Part shown: positions 60,002 to 64,000 of the stretch, in pieces
Layout of the letters: the number at the start of each line of letters is the position of its first letter
Position numbering within the stretch: position 1 is the stretch's first letter
From: Bdellovibrionales bacterium
GTDB lineage: Bacteria > Bdellovibrionota > Bdellovibrionia > Bdellovibrionales > UBA1609
Direction: 5' to 3'
DNA: 64,000 nt
NCBI GenBank assembly: GCA_965199825.1
Contig: OZ241329.1
Coordinates: 224,001 to 288,000, forward strand
Program-made: the position numbers and the translations under genes
The notes under the pieces: generated by a model
What the model saw: the letters and a program-made list of their open reading frames with translations, nothing else
Database searches by the model: none
What the model was told of the DNA's origin: nothing

Positions 60002-61261
60002 CTAATTATCCTTAAAGCTATAGCGCTCAATCAATCGCGCTCCGCGCTTAAAAGTAAAATAAGACCAGGTCCACTGCATCAGTACACTCAATCGATTACG
60101 AAATGTGATGGTGTAGAAAATGTGAATCAATAACCAGGCAAGCCATGCGAGCACACCACTCATTTTAAAATTGTGATATTGCAAAACCGCTTTGCGCCGG
60201 CCGATGGTCGCCATCTGCCCTTTATCAAAATATTTAAAATTTTCTCGAGGTTGCTTTTTAAGTTCGCGCTGAATCACACGGGCCACAAAACGCCCCTGCT
60301 GCATCGCCACCGGAGCCAGGCCTGGCAAAGCTTTGCCGGTTGTTTGATCCACCACTCGAGCTTGATCACCAATCACAAAAGCTTCAGGGTAACCGGGTAA
60401 AGAAAGATCGGGATTTACAATCACTCCCCCGCTTTTATCGAGCGACACACCCTCAAGATGGGTCGAAAGCGTTGAGGGTTTCACACCGGCAGCCCACAAC
60501 ACCACCCGCGCTTTGATTTCGCGATCGATCAATTTCACAGTGGTTGAGGTGATATCGAGAACCCGACTTTGTGTCAGTACGGTCACCCCCAATTTTTCAA
60601 GATCACGAGTGGCTTTTTGCGACAAGCTCTCATCAAAACTTGCAAGAATGCGAGGGCCCGCCTCGATCAATAAGACCTGAGCATTTTTAGGATCGATGTG
60701 ACGAAAATCTTTTTCTAGAGTGAGCCGGCTAATTTCGGCGATCGCTCCGCTCAACTCCACACCGGTGGGGCCACCACCGACCACCACGAAAGTCAGATAC
60801 TCTTGCTTAATTTTTTGGTCTGTCTGGCGTTCGGCCTCTTCGTAACTGAGAAGTATCCGACGACGGATATCAATGGCCTGTCCTAGAGTTTTAAGGCCTG
60901 GCGAAAATTTCTCCCACTCGTCGTGACCGAAATAACTGTGAGTCGCTCCACAAGCCAGAATCAGATAATCGTACTCTCTCACCATCTGGTTTTTTAATTT
61001 TAGATTTTTATTTTTGAGATCAACGCTCACCACATCGCCTAAGAAAACTTCGACATTCGAATTTTTTCGAAACACCGAGCGAATGGGTACCGCAATATCA
61101 GCGGGCGACAACCCTGCGGTGGCAACTTGGTAAAGGAGAGGCTGAAACAGATGATAATTGTTGCGATCTAAAATAGTGATCTCAACATCTTTTGTTTTGG
61201 CTAAGGCTTTGGCCGCACTCATTCCGCCAAAGCCTGCACCCACGATTACGATCTTAGTCAT
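60002..61261 (-). CDS. ndh: Type II NADH dehydrogenase
   Basis: GAGFGG, FQPLLYQVAT, GGGPTGVELSG, WAAGV and APVAMQQG motifs. Confidence 0.93.
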   Translation of the reverse strand: MTKIVIVGAGFGGMSAAKALAKTKDVEITILDRNNYHLFQPLLYQVATAGLSPADIAVPIRSVFRKNSNVEVFLGDVVSVDLKNKNLKLKNQMVREYDYLILACGATHSYFGHDEWEKFSPGLKTLGQAIDIRRRILLSYEEAERQTDQKIKQEYLTFVVVGGGPTGVELSGAIAEISRLTLEKDFRHIDPKNAQVLLIEAGPRILASFDESLSQKATRDLEKLGVTVLTQSRVLDITSTTVKLIDREIKARVVLWAAGVKPSTLSTHLEGVSLDKSGGVIVNPDLSLPGYPEAFVIGDQARVVDQTTGKALPGLAPVAMQQGRFVARVIQRELKKQPRENFKYFDKGQMATIGRRKAVLQYHNFKMSGVLAWLAWLLIHIFYTITFRNRLSVLMQWTWSYFTFKRGARLIERYSFKDN

Positions 61262-61853
61262 TCATCAATCCTGAAGTTTGAATATCTAAATCGAGAAGTT
61301 TGATTCGAACCGCTCTTAAATCAATTCCGTTTGCCGATGTTTTTGAACCATAAAGGGCGTCACCAATAATCGGGCAATGAATCTTTGAAAGCGTATAACG
61401 AAGTTGATGAGACCGCCCCGTTTTTGGTGAAAGGGTCCAGTGCAGTCGATTGTTTTTTTGACTCAAAATCTTACCCGAAGTTAAGGCGCGTTTGCCGTAA
61501 GGGGCTTCAAAACTTCGTCGCTTGCCTCGGACTAAACGAAAATCCCAAAAGAATTCCTCTTGAGCGTCAAATCCGGCAGGCTTTTCGGTGATCGCTTCAT
61601 AAGTTTTTTGAACTTCGTCATTGGTGAAAGCCAGATTGGCGGTGCGATGAGCCAACTTATTTTTTGCAAACAACACGATACCAGAGACTTCAAAATCCAG
61701 ACGATGAACAATAAAGAGAGGTATGCCGAGCTGCTTTTGCAAAATCAGGTTTAAACTTTCCCTGCCATCGGCCACCCGCGGAGGAATTGTGAGCATCAGG
61801 CTTGGCTTATCCACCGCTACAAAATCATTCGACTCAAATAATATTTTAACCAC
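61254..61853 (-). CDS. RluA-family pseudouridine synthase
   Basis: VDKP, VHRLD..VSG, TGRSHQLR and PIIGD.LYG motifs. Confidence 0.92.
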   Translation of the reverse strand: MVKILFESNDFVAVDKPSLMLTIPPRVADGRESLNLILQKQLGIPLFIVHRLDFEVSGIVLFAKNKLAHRTANLAFTNDEVQKTYEAITEKPAGFDAQEEFFWDFRLVRGKRRSFEAPYGKRALTSGKILSQKNNRLHWTLSPKTGRSHQLRYTLSKIHCPIIGDALYGSKTSANGIDLRAVRIKLLDLDIQTSGLMND

Positions 61854-62418
61854 GATATTTTAGTCCTATCAAAAAAATTTCCTTGCTCTCTTTGCGCGTG
61901 CTTTCGGGCTTCAGGGCCTCGATTTTGACGAATTCATTTTTTAATTGTTTTTTAAATTGATCAAACTCTTGGCCATGAAACAGTTTGCAAATAAAATGCC
62001 CCTGAGGTTTTAGATTTTTTTTAGCCACTGTCAAAGCCATTTCGCAGAGCTCAAGAGATTTTGTTTGATCAACAAATTTTATTCCGGTGGTGGAAGGAGC
62101 CATATCCGACATCACCACATCGAAATCGGTATAAGGGAGCTCAGTCATTTCGAGCATGTCGCCCACAACAAACTCCGCATTGGGCAGAGTGATCTCGAGC
62201 CGCTTTAAATCGACACCAAAGATAAATCCTTGAGAGCCAATCTTCTTTGAGGCGTACTGTGACCACGAACCGGGAAAACATCCCAAATCCAGAACACGCT
62301 GATTAGATTTAAAAATTTTTAGTTTTTGGTCGATCTCTTCGAGTTTAAAGATCGAACGGGCAACATAGTTTTGGGATTTTGCTTTTTTAAAAAATCGGTC
62401 GCGAGGATTATAAGTCAT
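61846..62418 (-). CDS. rlmE: 23S rRNA Um2552 methyltransferase
   Basis: ARSIFKLEEID, DLGCFPGSWSQY, SDMAP and KPESTRKESKE motifs; likely start MTYNPRD at 62418. Confidence 0.93.
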   Translation of the reverse strand: MTYNPRDRFFKKAKSQNYVARSIFKLEEIDQKLKIFKSNQRVLDLGCFPGSWSQYASKKIGSQGFIFGVDLKRLEITLPNAEFVVGDMLEMTELPYTDFDVVMSDMAPSTTGIKFVDQTKSLELCEMALTVAKKNLKPQGHFICKLFHGQEFDQFKKQLKNEFVKIEALKPESTRKESKEIFLIGLKYRG

Positions 62419-63967
62419 GAATGGGCACAACACCTTTAGCAACGCGAAATCGCACTGCATCGATGGTATGCCCTTTGGAATTTCGAATCTCAAGATGAAA
62501 ATGCCCTTCGCGCGGCTTCCATGCGGTAAACTGTCTGACAGGCGAAAGAGCTTTGCCATTTAAGAACCAATAGGAATTTATTTCGGGCGATCTCACCTGA
62601 AAAAATAGTGGCTTTGGATCGAACGCCAATTCCGAGCGATCGGTGGGATAAATAATTTTTTCGGCCGCAATGCTCTTTGGCATATTTTCGGTGGTCGAAA
62701 TAAAGAATTCATTTTTCAATCGAACCACATTTTTTGGCATTTGGGGCGCAGGACTCTTTAAATATTGATGGAGCCCTTGAGCAATTTTAAGCAAATATTT
62801 TTCATTTAAGCCGCGACTCACCATTGTATACTGTTGAGACATCAACACTTGGGTGTCGATGCCTTTGTAGGTGGCATACCACTGTCGATCAAAATAGCGG
62901 GTCAAAGCATCCAAAATCAAAAAGCTCGCCTCTTCGCTAAATACACTTCTCTTTATCACCTTTGAATCCATTTGCCACTTGAGACCTGAAAGTTCTCCGG
63001 CATGAACAAAGGTACGAAAGGCATTGCCCACATCAACCAGCGAGACTTTATCTTTCAGATTTAAATTTTGCAGAGTATCTAAAAATTGATCCTCGCCAAT
63101 CAGTTCTAAAACTTCGGTGGTGGCGCTAAAGTGATGGGTCTGTAAAGCTTCGCGCGCCGATAGGTTTTCTCTATACTCTGGGCCTAAGGGAGCATCGTGC
63201 AAATTTGTTTTTAGGGTGATCGCCCGTTTATCTAAAGCTGTGGCAAATAGAAAGGGAGCAAACATCTCGTGCAGACTACTTCGCGAAGTCACATCGTTAA
63301 TGGCCGAAAGAATTTCGCCCGTGCGATTATCAATCAAAACAAAGGATTCATTTTTTTTAACAAAGTGTTGAACGTAATTTTGTAGAGGAAGATCAAAAGT
63401 GAGTGTTGCTTTTTGGTTGAGGTCGACATTTTGTCGAAAGGCTTGGGGCATCTGCCGTTTTTTATGGTGACGAAGTGCCGATCTGCGGCCCACTGGATTT
63501 TTTATTAAGGATTGAAGAGTCAGAATATCTTTCGAATTTAAATCCCCCACCGACTTTTCGAAATATTCAAAACTTGCAGCCGAAATTCCCTGGACGCTAG
63601 AGCGGTATTCTACGAGATTGAGGTAGGCCTCAAGAATTTGCTCATTGCTCCAACGCGATTGAATCGCCCGAACCATAAGTCTTTGCGAACGATTGGGATA
63701 AAGAAGCGAGACCAATGCTTCGGCCGACGCATTGACGTCGATCGGAGTTTTAAATTCTTTAAGGCTCGCCCACCCGCGCGTGCGGGTTTTTCCAAACTGC
63801 TCGTCTTGTAAAAGTGGAGTGCCCCTTCGATCGACAAAGGAAGACAGTGGATAGCGAGCTTTGACTTGTTCAAAAGTTAAAAGCTGTTTGCTTAAAACAT
63901 GAAATGAAAAAAAACAACCCGCAGCCAAAACCGAAACCAAAGATGTGAGCACAATTAAAATTCGCAT
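62408..63967 (-). CDS. Degenerate PBP1c-like protein
   Basis: N-terminal TM, DRRGTPL, EQILEAYLNLV.Y...VQGISAAS..YF.K, PFLFATALD and C-terminal WFLNG...W.P..G. Confidence 0.72.
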   Translation of the reverse strand: MRILIVLTSLVSVLAAGCFFSFHVLSKQLLTFEQVKARYPLSSFVDRRGTPLLQDEQFGKTRTRGWASLKEFKTPIDVNASAEALVSLLYPNRSQRLMVRAIQSRWSNEQILEAYLNLVEYRSSVQGISAASFEYFEKSVGDLNSKDILTLQSLIKNPVGRRSALRHHKKRQMPQAFRQNVDLNQKATLTFDLPLQNYVQHFVKKNESFVLIDNRTGEILSAINDVTSRSSLHEMFAPFLFATALDKRAITLKTNLHDAPLGPEYRENLSAREALQTHHFSATTEVLELIGEDQFLDTLQNLNLKDKVSLVDVGNAFRTFVHAGELSGLKWQMDSKVIKRSVFSEEASFLILDALTRYFDRQWYATYKGIDTQVLMSQQYTMVSRGLNEKYLLKIAQGLHQYLKSPAPQMPKNVVRLKNEFFISTTENMPKSIAAEKIIYPTDRSELAFDPKPLFFQVRSPEINSYWFLNGKALSPVRQFTAWKPREGHFHLEIRNSKGHTIDAVRFRVAKGVVPIHDL

Positions 63968-64000
63968 AAGACCCTTTGCGTTACTTTTATTGTGACTGCA

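Overview
Bacterial chromosomal segment, most likely Bdellovibrionota (inferred from giant S74-chaperone fibre adhesins, F[QV]NC-type lipoproteins and many secreted orphans). 1-17 kb holds three tandem paralogous giant fibre/adhesin genes built from shuffled modules. 17-22 kb holds two lipoproteins and an orphan. The most unusual part is 22.2-34.1 kb: two loci of 18-20 bp tandem direct repeats share the core RTCGTGCCCRCT and are inverted relative to each other. Each lies just upstream of, and co-oriented with, a different nuclease gene: a Y1/HUH (RAYT-like) transposase at 23000 and an HNH endonuclease at 33591. Together they bracket an ~11 kb oxidative-stress block (DipZ, MsrB, MsrA, carotenoid genes). 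The HNH gene also carries three copies of the repeat core inside its own coding sequence. The rest is mostly housekeeping: TetR-TolC-EmrAB efflux, Lon, YccA, RmuC-like, APC permease, tRNase Z, CheX, LpxD, YceI, USP, RecQ, NDH-2, RluA, RlmE and a degenerate PBP1c. All family calls come from motif recognition by eye; no database searches were run.
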